DNA of 53,426 bases, filler included, from Circinaria calcarea (lineage: Eukaryota): the NCBI GenBank assembly GCA_051942165.1. It is 3 parts of 3 records of this genome, joined end to end, with 100 filler letters (N's around TTAATTAATTAA, not from the genome) between each part and the next. Parts side by side here need not be neighbours in the genome. Positions count along the whole stretch, not along the records: positions 1 to 17,783 come from JAVECS010000256.1; 2 more parts are not named here. One strand, given 5' to 3'. This document shows, piece by piece, positions 1 to 11,951 of the stretch; position 1 is the stretch's first letter; each line of letters opens with the position of its first letter. The notes under the pieces were generated by a model. The model ran no database searches. It was not told the DNA's origin and saw only the letters and a list, made by a program, of their open reading frames with translations. A program made the position numbers and the translations under genes.

Positions 1-293
1 GGAGGGGGGAGAACGAGGAACGAGGATAAGGATGAGGACGAGGGCGGGAAATGGAAATTGTGGGATTGCGCGGATAAATCAGGGAAGAGTAAAGTTGTTT
101 ACTGTATAACTTTTCGGGTAATGCTATCCTATCCCCGTAACGCCACGCTTAAGAAGTACACACATCGGAGACACGGTAACGGTGAACCAACCGATCCACA
201 CGGAGGCCACCCATCTACTTATAACAGACAATTCATGACTGTAATCTATATACACCCCAAAGCCAAAAACAAAACAGTGACATCCACTCCCAC

Positions 294-1501
294 CTAATGA
301 ACCATCGACTTGCCAATTTCACTCTTCCAGTTCTTGGCCCTTTCGAAACCGTTCGAGTGCGTTTGGTAGTCCATCATAGCCTGGTAGACATCCTCTTGCG
401 AGTTCAGCACAAAAGGGCCGTACTGGACGACTTTCTGATCGAGAGGGAGGCCGGCGACGAGGACTGAAAACTACAGTCAGCCATGCGTACAACATGATTC
501 AGAAGAAGAAAAGACTGAAGCTTACTGAATCGCCCCTCTTCCCTTGCGCCCTTGGCGACCTCTGCGCTTACCGAGTCGCCCTTTTGCTCAAACACAACAT
601 TGTGGTATTTCCCTACCGTCGTCTGGTTTTTGCCGACGCCAAAGGCAATATCTCCCTCTAGAAGATACGCGAAGGCGTTCCATCCGGTCGGGAGATCCTG
701 CGTGACCTTCCCCCCTGGCTTGATCGTAACATCGAAGATCCATACGGGTGTGTACGCGAGCTCCTGCACGCTGTCTGTGCCGTGACTCTGCCCACTGATG
801 ATTTTGATCTGCACCTTGCCGTCGTCAACCTCGATTTGGGGGATCTCCTTTGCCCGCAGATCCCGGTATCTCGGTTCGCACTTCTTCAGTCTCTCCGGTA
901 GATCCACCCACAGCTGCATGCCCACATTGGCGCTCCCATCCGGGTTTTGCCGCGGCATCTCAGCGTGCATGATCCCCTTTCCCGCGGTCATAAATTGCAA
1001 GTCGCCGGCTTCAATCGTACCGGCGTTACCGGCAAAGTCCTCATGGTCCACGGCGCCTTGCAGGAGGTAGGTGATGGTTTCTTGTCCACGATGCGGGTGG
1101 TCCGGGAAGCCGGCGCCGGGGTGAATGGTAAAGTGGTCGAGCATGAGGAAAGGAGAGAAGTTCCGAAGTTTGGCGGTCCCAATGCTCCGGCGGACACGTG
1201 CACCCGCACCTTCGGATTGTTCAATGGCGAGGAAAGCCTGCCGGACAGCTCGAGGAACGGACATGTTGGAGGGCTTTGTAGAGACGAAGGAAGAGGAAGG
1301 AGTGAAAGGAAAGCTGTTGTAGATGTTTGAGGGGTTAGAGGTGGTGAGAAGGGAAATTTGGTTAGCGAGTGTAGCGAAGAAGCAACTACTGAGAGGTGTG
1401 AACCGAAGTAACGAGGAGAGCTGTGTTATCAAAATCAGAAGGTAAAACGTTCCGAGTGCTGCAGTAAGGCAGATGAGGAGGGAAGAATAGAAAAGCTGCA
1501 T
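294..1501 (-). CDS. Pirin family (bicupin) protein, 2 exons; conserved core begins at ATG 1264, upstream in-frame ATG at 1501
   Basis: Pirin motifs EGAGARVRRSIG, PFLMLDHF, GFPDHPHRGQETITY, QFMTAGKGIMHAE, QLWVDLP. Intron 525..464 (GTAAG...CAG). Last exon reads ILVAGLPLDQKVVQYGPFVLNS...SMVH*, stop at 294-296. Confidence 0.93.
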
Positions 1502-2686
1502 GGAACATGGACGACCTTTATAGCAATGAGACGGATAGAGCGACGGAACGACCGAGTGACTCGAACGTTCCTTTATACCCCAAACCGAACTGACTACTCG
1601 GACTATTCTAATGCATTAGCTATCACTGACTAAGTATAGAGGTCGATAGTTGTCAGCACGGCTTTGTGTTGGGCTTCCCCATTGACTGAGGGCATCGGTC
1701 CTCTTCTCGGTCATGCTGATGAAGACCATCGTAAGCAATTTGATATCCTTTGACAGAAGCCCGGATGATGTCAGGGGATCGGTCGGCCCGAAGCTACGGC
1801 CACTAGCGTACTGGTCTGCAGGGGTATTGACTGTTAGCGCAGTCTCTCCCGGAATTTCTATATCAAACCCAAGTTACGTTTTAATTGAAAGAACAGCTGG
1901 AACATATATATTCAAGCATAGACCTTACATCAGGAGCATTCTTTTCCTTAAACCTTTCGAGTATATTGTATGCTATACAGGGGGAGGTTGAATAATGGCG
2001 CTGGCAAGCAATACACCTGCAGACCAGTAGACTTCTTTTGGGACTCGTGGAAGCAGAACTTATAAGATGTACCGTTGCTGAGAAATTCCGAGGGATGCAC
2101 AAAGATGGGTCGATCAAGGCAAATGGTCAGTACATTGCGGCTGATCACCAGCTGCAGCATGATGCACCTATACATGGTATCGTGAGATCACCGAGGCGCC
2201 ACATGTCCATGGTCATTAACTATATACCAACAGTAACTGTCCGATTTCTTCCCAACTCCATCCGTCTGGATGGCAACCACGAGTGCACCGTATGGGTCTC
2301 TCTACGATGACCTCCCTCCAAGAAGAAACAGCCAAGCGCCTGGAACAGGCTCATTCACTTGGGAACTAACAGCCGGACACGTGAGGAAGGGAAGTATTTC
2401 CTATGCTTGAACGTTACCTCCGCCGCCACTGTTATACAAAGTGGTACTATACGCCAAGAGGCGTATCGCAACGGTCGGAAGACGCGTATGGATAAAATTA
2501 CCCTAGTGCACGGACAGTGCCCCGGGTGGATGCTATGGAGACAGTCAGGAAAGAATGTCCCTTTGCCCAGGCCTTCAATGTCAGAGTATATACATAGATG
2601 CCGTAAATGCTTTCATGGGACTGTGTCGGCTGAGCTTAGACAGTATCGGCCTGTCTGTCTAGCTGGACGGGCCCCCAATGTCTTTG

Positions 2687-5600
2687 CTAGAACCCAAACG
2701 GATTCTGCGGCGCTACAGAAGTTGGTTTGTCAGCATACTATGGTAGTGGAGGTGGCAAAGAATGAGAACTTACTGGCTTGCGACAAATTGGCTTTCCGCC
2801 CCGTTGGTTGCGGCAGGAGTTTTTTGGCTTCGCCTGTCACACCGAATCGCACCGGCGGTGGCGGACCGGTCTTTTGCGGCTGCAAAGGTGCCAAGGTCGG
2901 TAGCTGAGAAACAGGAGGGGGAGGCGGTGGAGGCTGTATTTGGCCAAACCCAGGTCTACTGAAGCCATTTACTCTAGTTTGTTGGGGCTGTAGCGCTGGA
3001 GAAAGTACGGAGTTGATGGAGCCAGTCTGCTGGGGTAGCAGCGGGTTGTAGAACGAAGTCGGCGACGGTTGATAACCTCCCTGTTGTTGGGAAGGTCGTG
3101 GATCCCCAAATGGACTCCCGGTCTGGTGGCTGCCAAGATATAACGGGGATGACTGGATGCCAGTAGGCTGCGGTTGCAGGTTTTGTTGAGCGCCGTAAAT
3201 ATTAGGTTGTTGTCCAACACCGTTACTGAATAGGGGGAAAGTCTGATTCGGCTGTCCGTATGCCGTTAGCTGTGGCTGTAGACCCTGTTGCTGACCGTAT
3301 TGCTGTTGAAAGCGCAATTGGTTCAGGTCGTTCAAACTGGGGCCGGATGATGTATTCTGATTGTGAATGAACCCCTGATTGGGAACTCCTGTTAATTGAG
3401 GCTGTAGAGGTGGAGGCCCGAAATTGCTCGGCTGAGATACATTTTGGGGTGCCGAGAGTGGTCTTATTGGAGGGGGAGGTAATAGAGAGCCTTGCTGCGC
3501 AAACTGTGGAGCCTGCGGGCGCTGCCGTGGGGCCGGGTTGAGTATAAATTGTGAGGGCCCTTGTGCTGGCTGCTGAGGATTGTAAGATTGCAAGGATTGA
3601 CCTGGAACTGCGGGGCTCTGTTGAGACGGAGTTCCTGTCAACTGCTGGTTCAAGGGAGCAAAGAATGCGGGATTTGCTCCGGTAGGCTGCTGTGGGATTG
3701 GCCGTTGAAATTGTGGCTGTACAGATGGCGGCGACTGTAGGTGTTGCTGCTGCTGGATCTGGGTAGGTGGCTGCTGGATTTGAGGTATTTGCTGAGGTTG
3801 AGTAGACTGTTGGTTCGGCAGAGTCTGCTGCGCACCGGTCTGATGTACCACAATAGGCTCCAATGGTGTTGAAAGCAATGATAATTCAGCTAATGATCCA
3901 GTCAGTGGGGCCGGAGATGGTGCACTGGCCGAGGGCGCCGGAGCTGGCGACGTTGTCTGGTTAGAACTCGCTTGTTTCGATGGCTTCACGTCCCATGCAT
4001 CATCGTCAAATCCTCCAACAGCTTTGTCCGTCGGCTTAGGCACAGAAGTTAGAGGTGTCGGAGTCTTCTCTGAACCATCAACTCCGGGTCCGTTGTTTGC
4101 GTTTGTGTTTTTCTGGTGAAATGCTTTTGGATCGACGGTATCATTGGTCTGAACAGCAGGTGCTGGACGACCTTTCCGAGTGTTGTTCCGCAACGTACCC
4201 CCAGGTCCTGAGAAGAGCCCCCCACCTGGTGATGAGACACCAGCCTCAACCTCTTCCTCATCTGCTATGACCTCTTTCCTGCTGAAGCTCACATTGCGTA
4301 ATTTCGACTTGCCATCGGAGCGGCTGAACTTGATATCAAGGAATTTCATAACTCGAAGTATGTCACCCTCCTTCAGCCCCAAAGTCCGCAGAACGGATGG
4401 CGTAATATCGGGAAGTACACCTTCGTCCATTGAATCTCGATTGAAGTTGAGAGCGTACCTTTCGCATTGGGATGGGCTCACACCACATTTCAGAAAAAAA
4501 TCAAACCAGTCATATTCAGGCGGTTTTGGTTGTTGCTTGACCGATGCTCCTGGTTGCGTTGTACTTGGCGATGGTATCGGTTCTTTTCGATCTTTGCCAC
4601 TGGTCCCTTTTTGGCTTTGGCTTTGGCTTTTGCGCCGGATATCAGATAAAGGTTTATCCTCATCCAAGGAGACACCGGTCACACGCTCGACATATTCAAG
4701 ATCTTCTACAGCCATCTTCACCACAGGAACCGCAATTTTAACACCATTCAGCTTATGCAGATGAATCTTACCATCCTTCAAGCCGATGAACTGAGCTTCA
4801 ACTTTGAAAGACCCAGACCTATCTGTCCACGTCCGCGTCTTGGATGCATCAGGTTCTAAGAATCAAACGTCAGCATGTCGTTACTATCCATACCAGTTGT
4901 GCTGCTCATACTTGACTTTGATGAAGAGCTTGCTTTCGTATCAGGCCGAGTGTCGTGCTTATTTCGCTGCGAAGATGACTTGTTATTATCATGCCCTCCC
5001 AAGCTACTGCCACGCTTGGGCAATTTAACACCCGGGCCTACCTCTGAGCCCTTTGCATCACCGTTTTCTTTCTTTTTTGACGCTTTGACAGCTTCCTTTG
5101 CAAGCCTCTCTTCCTCAAGCCTATTCTGGTCCACCGTAGAGCGGCCTGCGTTTAGGCCCGATGTACTCGACGGAGGTGGCGAAAACACACCAGTGACTTC
5201 AACATAGCTGCTGGGGACGACGCCCTCTTTCCCATTCTTCAGCCGTCGCACCATCCACCATTCTTCGCTCTTTGTGTCGTCGAGAACGATAACTTCATCC
5301 CCAACAGCAACGGTGACCTCATCATCTCCCTGAGCCAAGAACTCGTATAGCATTTGTCCCTTCCTTTGGCTTTTTACTTGCCCAGACCCTGCCGCAATGA
5401 CTTCCCGAAGCCCTTCAGCTCGTACCGCTCCTGCCAGCTCGCCTAAGGCGGCTACAATTTCGTGAGCAGTGTCCTTCGTGCCTGCATGAAAGTCTATGCT
5501 TTTACTAGGTCGAACGAGCTCCATGAAGACGTGTTTTCCCTCAATTGAATAATGAGTCAGTTTCTCCGCTGTCCACTCTTGTTGCGATCCATCACGAGAC

Positions 5601-6574
5601 TTTTCTGGCGCAATCATGATTTTACCACTAGCAAGATTAATGCCTAGAGTCGTTGGCACCTTCTTCTTTTTCCCGAGAGCGGAGATCATCTCGTTGATAT
5701 TATAGAGACGAAATCCCCCCGGGGAGGTTGGCACATGATTGTCACCAAAGCTTCGCTGGACCCGATTATAAGGCGGGGATTCGAGAATCCCAGGGGCCTC
5801 AGGGCTAGGAGGTGAGACATACTGATTCGGCAAAGGCGAAGCTTGTTGCGAAACAGGTCGTTGGGGGAGCGAAGGCGGGGGTGGAGTCAAGGACTCCTCG
5901 TCGGAATCGTCTGGTGTATACTGTAGTTGATTTTGATGCAAGGTTCCATTGGACGAGGAAGATCGTTGTGCAGTTTGCGATGTGGCTGTCGATTGTTCAT
6001 GTATAACTCCTGCAAGAGCAGCGGCTGGACTCTGTGGTGTACTAGTAGCTGAGTGTCCAGTTGGTCGATAGTCCACATCTGCTACCCGCTCCAGAAATTG
6101 GGCTGATGGCGTCGATAGCGAAGACGGCTGTTCAGCTTCACTCGTAATCTCAATGTAGTTTGCCGGTGCAAATCCATATTCGCCATTCAGGCCAACCAGA
6201 GTCCAGTCAGGATCGGAGGTGTCATACACTGAAAGGGCCGCGTCTTCTGTGAATGACAGTTCCTCGCTTGTCTGCCGAGTATAGTCATAGAGAGCCTTTG
6301 CATGATGGGTCGGATGCGCCTGAAAGGCACTGATTCAGCATCACTAACCAGCCGATATGCAGCTCCGTATGCTCACCTCTTCTACATAGTTGTTGGGTAT
6401 TAGCCCCACGGGGTCTTCCTTTCCCTCCTCTAATGTCTTCTTCGTTGCCTTCGACCAATCGTCTTCGGTGCCCTTCTCGAGAATGAAAACAAGTTCTCCC
6501 TCCTCAAGAGGCAACTCTCCTTCACTCTGAGGAACATATTGGTAAAGAGCCGTGCAGATTGACAGGAAAACCAT
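2687..6574 (-). CDS. SLA1: Actin cytoskeleton-regulatory complex / endocytic adaptor Sla1, about 1237 aa, 4 exons (6574-6377, 6319-4912, 4855-2774, 2712-2687)
   Basis: Three SH3 domains (ALYQYVPQSEGEL, LYDYTRQTSEELSF, MLYEFLAQGDDEV), SHD1 (RTWTDRSGSFKVEAQFIG), SAM-like SHD2 (YDWFDFFLKCGV), QxTG repeats, C-terminal TPQNPFGF*. GT-AG junctions keep the frame. Confidence 0.95.
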
Positions 6575-7122
6575 CTTGATAGGATTTGGGTGCTTCGCCA
6601 ACACACACAATAGATGTTTTGGAAGGGTCAGGTGCAGATCCTAGGAGACTCTTGCCATCGGGAAGGCTACAAGCTGGGCAGCAAAGTCGTATGCGCAAAG
6701 TCTCATGCACTTGAAACAGGTACAGCCATTCTTGGACGTGGGTAGACTTTATGATGGTCCTGGGTTGGCAGGCGTTCACGGTCTTGAAGGGGCCCGTCGG
6801 GCCGTTTGCTCCCTTATGATGAGATGCCGGCTGATGTCTATAATCCTACCCTACCTACTTCATATTTACTACAATATAGATAAAGCCCCTTGCATTAGCT
6901 CTGTTTTGGTAATCCTGAAAAGGAGCTTTGCTCTCCATACGACCTTACAAGACACAGAGCGTGAGTACAATGGGCAATGCGGATCTGGAAAACGTTTATT
7001 TGATTTATTATCTAATCTGCTTTCTATTCTAGCTTACAAGGCTTATGCAAGGCTTCCAGGCTGAGACGGGCTCTTCTCATACTCGAACACCTTCCATGGG
7101 GTCTAGTACATACTGCAGAAAC

Positions 7123-8280
7123 TCAATCACTTTCCGTCAACATGCTCAAGGTATCAAGCTCCGTGCGAACTACCCTTGTGAATTCCTCCTGCTCCATGCC
7201 AACTCCGCGAGCAAGTCGGAATAAGTTTTTGATGCTGGTACTGATGTGTTGCTGAACCGTGATCTCAACATGCGTTTGCGAAGCTGCCGAGTCTTCCATT
7301 CGAGTGACGTCGACGGACCCGGACGAGGAGGTAGACACGGGCCTGGGATGGCCCATGCTAGATAGAAAGTGGGAAGTTTGTCTTTCCTCCTCCACGGCCT
7401 GAGGAGGTGGATTACTTAGTCCTATTCTGGCGGTTGATGCCGATGGGATATCTGCGACAGAATTACCGTTCAGGGTGGATGCTCCAATTGCTGTGTGATC
7501 TTCAGATGGGTCATCGTTATCCATTGCTGGCTGTACATGTGCATATTGTGCGAAATATTCGGCGTCAGACGTTGTTCTTGCACGCCCGCTATGATTCGAG
7601 TTTCCAGCAATCGTTGGGGAATGTGGTTTTGCAGGTGTTCTCGCAGGTGTAGTATCATACTGTGCCCAGTAATCATCATCTCCGTCTTCGTTCTCATCAG
7701 GATTTTGGTTGGAAGGTGTTTGCTGGGTTGCGCACTCTTCCTGACCCAACATTTCGGTAGTCATGGCTGTCTTTGCGTTCTCATCTGCCTCCGATATAGA
7801 ACGCAACCAAGAATGCCTGGGTATTTCGGAATTGGGATCTGTTGGGCTGACTTCCGAAACGCGCCAGCCACTCCCTCCACCTGCAGCGTCTCCCTCACAC
7901 CATAGATATATAACTACCAAACTGAGGTCTGGGATGCAGACTCTGGCCTGCAGTGTTTCCTCATCCAGCCGTCTGTAGCTTATATTCTCAACGTCTCTGA
8001 ATTCGATCTCGCCAGACACTGGATGTAGTTCAAAGGCATCACTGGCCACGATATCTGCCAATCTCTCCGCCTCTCTGGTTTCCCAGCAGAGTAAAGGGAG
8101 CCACGATTCCGATGTAGTTGTAGGGCTGGGAGACAGGAGCTGAATGCGTTGTCTCAAGATAGGAGAAAGGAGAGGTAGTAGTGCGGGAGGGGGTTGAGGC
8201 GACGCGAACGCCGTGGGGAAACAGGCAAGCAGTGGTGGCAGTAGGTTTCGCGGATCAGGAGGTGGAATGTATTGGGCCAT
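7123..8280 (-). CDS. Hypothetical fungal protein (about 385 aa, single exon)
   Basis: Long uninterrupted ORF from ATG 8280 (MAQYIPPPDPRNLLPPLLACFPTAF...) with acidic DDDYWAQYD motif and helical C-terminus; function not recognised. Confidence 0.75.
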   Translation of the reverse strand: MAQYIPPPDPRNLLPPLLACFPTAFASPQPPPALLPLLSPILRQRIQLLSPSPTTTSESWLPLLCWETREAERLADIVASDAFELHPVSGEIEFRDVENISYRRLDEETLQARVCIPDLSLVVIYLWCEGDAAGGGSGWRVSEVSPTDPNSEIPRHSWLRSISEADENAKTAMTTEMLGQEECATQQTPSNQNPDENEDGDDDYWAQYDTTPARTPAKPHSPTIAGNSNHSGRARTTSDAEYFAQYAHVQPAMDNDDPSEDHTAIGASTLNGNSVADIPSASTARIGLSNPPPQAVEEERQTSHFLSSMGHPRPVSTSSSGSVDVTRMEDSAASQTHVEITVQQHISTSIKNLFRLARGVGMEQEEFTRVVRTELDTLSMLTESD

Positions 8281-8924
8281 GGTCAAGACTCGGGCCGTAG
8301 GCAATACCTTGCAACAGGTTCAACGATGCTTGTAGGAAATCCACGTAAGTCAGTGCTGTTACAGTGACATGGGCAGAAGAATAGTGACGATTATAAATGC
8401 CGACATGAGCCTGACCAATTGCTGCACTTCTCGATTTCTCTGAGATTTCTCTGAGTGCTGTCAGCGAAAGGGCATCTCAAGGTAGCTTCTAAAGGTGCTC
8501 CACAGCATGTGATGAGATTGTTACTGGTACCTCCTTTCACCCGAGCCTGGGGGATCACCAGTAGCCACCTGCCTATCAGAAAAAGTGCCGGACAGCTGAT
8601 GCACACTCCGTTTGAGAATCAGCACATACATGCCGTAATCAATCTCATCAGGGGCTCTAATCGCACGGAGTCATGGAGCTCTTTGCCCTTTGTCGAGACC
8701 GGATGAAAGATGGTGATTCACATGCCGGATCATCATTCTCCCCCGGAAAAGCCCTCGCCTCTTCCCGCCGCTAACCACTATCAAAGAAGGCCCGGAGAGG
8801 TTCGGGCCAAACCTTTTGACCTTCGAGTCTCTAAAGAGCGACGATCGAGAGTCTATTGGATGGCTATACATGCAGAATGTATGAGTAGTTCATCCGGTAT
8901 GGCGCATAAGACTGGGCAGTCGCC

Positions 8925-11123
8925 ATGAGACTGAGCAATCCCACAACCCTACATGATACTTTCAACGACCATCCACGCATCGAGTCACGACTAAAGATCA
9001 TGTCTTCAAAGTCATTCTCATCAACAGAGGCCATCCAAGCGGAACTCGTCCCCAGGACTACGCAAACAGCCAAGGACAGAGATGCCCAGTTACGGAGGAA
9101 GGCTGATTGGAGGTTATGCACGATAGCAGGTCTCTACGTCTCTTTCTTGATGTTCGGATTGTCTCTGTGTTACTCCTCAACCTTGTACTAATGCTCCTAT
9201 TTCAGGCCTTTTGGCCAGCCTCAATCTTTTAGACAGCGGCATCATATCTAGTGCCTCCGTCACTAGCATGTTGAAAGATCTGGACTTGGAAGGAAATCGT
9301 TATTCTGTTTCGATTTTCATCTTCACAGTCGCGAGCGTTTGCTTCCAATTGCCAGCAACAATAGCTGTCCGAGTCCTTGGACCACGTATATTCTTTGCCT
9401 TGATAACGTTCTGCTTTGGGCTGATCACACTGGTAAGGTCAATAGCCATTCTTATAACATGTCTACTCGACCGGCAGCTGAGAATAAATTAGTGTACCGC
9501 ATTCATCCGAACATGGAAAGAGATGATTGCCATGCGAGTATTGCTGGGCATTGCCATGGTATGAATCATGCCCCGTCTCAGATCAACCAGCTGCTTAACC
9601 CTAGAGGTGTTTAGTCAGGGATCTATCCAGGGCTGACCTTGCTAATCTCGAGCTGGTATACGAGAGGTATTAGTACAAATTTAACAGTCTTGGACAGCGA
9701 TGTCACTAAGATATAATCTCTTAGAGGAACAGCAGTTACGCTTTGCATTTCTGCAAAGCGGAGAAGTGATTGTATTAGCGACGGGTGGGATCGTTAATTT
9801 TGGGGTTAGTTCTTCTGCATCGAGGGACTTGTAAAGCTAAATCTTCCAGTTGAATCACCTTGATGGTCGAGGCCATTTGAGAGGATGGCAATGGATGTAT
9901 CTGGTTCAAGGAATTGTATGGGGTGCCTTTACGAGTTCGCGTTCTGAAAATGCTGAAAGGAATTAGGTGACTTGCCTAATTGGTATACTCACCTATTGGT
10001 GGATAGTCGACTTCCCCGAAAAGGCACATCTTAGCTTCCACTTCCTGAACGAGTCAGAAACCGAAAGAGCTGTCGCTCGTATCCAGTTCGATCGCGGAGA
10101 TGTTCAACCGGCGCCATTCAGTTGGTCGGAGGTGCTAAGGCACTTTGGAGACTGGAAAATTTATGGTTTTGCAGCCATGTTCTTCCTTCTGGTGAGGCAC
10201 CGAGCCCTTTCATGAGATTGGAGGAGCTTACATTTTGTAGAACCTTGTCTCCACGGCTCTGGCTTATTTCCTGCCGATCATGTATGTTGAGAGCTTGAGG
10301 CCAAGGAACGTGTGTTAAGTTTCTTTCATAGTCTTCAAGGCGGCATGGGCTTTTCCTCCAATCAAGCCATTTTACTATCGTCTCCTGTGAGTTTCAAGCA
10401 GCCTCCTAACCTCGAAGAATCATCTGACTCAAGAGTAGCCGTACTACTATGCTGTCATTCCAGTTTTACTGTCGTCTCGCGTTGGTGATAGTAAGTTACT
10501 TCCGCTTATAAGCAGATAGAACGTGCTGAAGGTTTCAGAATATCGCCTCCGAGGGCCCGTTATTACCTTCAATTCTCTCTGCTTGATCGCTGGCATTGCT
10601 ATGTTGGGGTTCTCAAGGCAAGTGACAGTACGATACATCGGCGTTTACCTTGCCACAGGGGCATATGTCTCCAATTGGGCAGCACTAAACAGCTACCAAG
10701 CAAACAACATCACCGGGTAAGTCGATTTGCGGCCAGTCTTGGTGGTTATAGCTAATGTTTTGAAGTCAATGGAAGCGTGCTGTCACGGCAGCTGCGGTAA
10801 CAGCTTGCAATGGTCTTGGTGGTATCGCGGGCAGCTTTATCTTTAAGCAGAATGAGGCTCCACGTTATATCACGGCTATTTGGGTGTCCATCGGGTGAGT
10901 AGGTCTCGTACCCACTGTTCACATCGGCCGCTAACCTGTCCAAGATCTCATATTCTTATAATTGCCTTTGTATTAGCGTTCTCCGTGTATTTCTACACCG
11001 CCAATCAAAGGCAGAGGAAGGGCAAAAAACTCATCGAGGGAACAGTAAGATGAACAGCCGTAGTCCCTGGTGCCCTCTCGTGCTAACCGTCTCCAATAGG
11101 AGGGCTTCCGATATACATACTGA
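8925..11123 (+). CDS. MFS transporter, Dal5/anion:cation symporter (allantoate/nicotinate permease-like), about 13 short introns
   Basis: Exon peptides LRRKADWRL, LRGWQWMYLVQG, WWIVDFPEKAH, RLRGPVI, NNITGQWKRA, final EGFRYTY* (TGA 11121-11123). Start is ATG 8925 or 9000. Confidence 0.88.
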
Positions 11124-11951
11124 CACTACATCCTGAAAACGGATCTAGAGGGAAGTTAATGGCTTCTTATGGACGCTGCTGTGTTCTAGAAGGATTGTAG
11201 ATAGAAGTGATTCCGCTGTTGAACAACTATAGCGTTAGAATCGAGATATAATGCTGGTGACCGTTGTGGTATATGTGCGGTATTTAGATTTAGGCTTCTT
11301 CCTTTTTTCAACCAAGCATCTCACCAAACCTTGCAACCATCACAGCGTCGTCGAGCTCCTGTTCGTTAAGCTGAGGTTAAATTGGGGTATTCAGCATGGA
11401 TTGAGGAGCCTATCATTAACTTCTGCTGCTTGGCGGCGACCTTGAAGTCTCGAGTCGGATGGGAGTCGAGGCCGGTGTACAAACGTGGTAACTGATGAAA
11501 GGCGATCGGTGTATGAGAGGTGCTCCGTTCGTACTACCTAGAGGACTAGTATATAGAGTCGTCTATCTCGGACTGCTCTACGTTCAAGGTCTTCTGTTAT
11601 TCGAAGCGCCAGGATTTCTGTGTGAGAGGGCCCCCAGTACCATACCGGTACCCCTCGTCGCCCTCCTTTAGCTCGACCTGCAGGGCCTCGTAAAAGCTTG
11701 GGCCACTACCTAAATAATTTTGGCTTAAGCTTGGATGCTGTGAAGACACGAATGCCGAGTGGACAGCAGGAGTAGTTGTTGGCCTGCAACGACAAGAATT
11801 TGGACAGTCACGATAGGGGAACTCCTTTCTAAGTAAGTATAGTTCTTCGAGGGATAAGGGTTTGAAGCTGCCAAGGGGCCATATTCAACGGCCCCGAGAC
11901 ACTGACGGTTCTGCGTACCAGCTTCAGTCGTTACCTTCCACCTTACTCGAC

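Noticed and set aside
2359..2907. 182-aa plus-strand ORF and similar antisense ORFs over SLA1, PKS, ELG1 and UTP8
   Set aside because: Shadow frames of real genes or UTRs, without motifs or consistent splice support.
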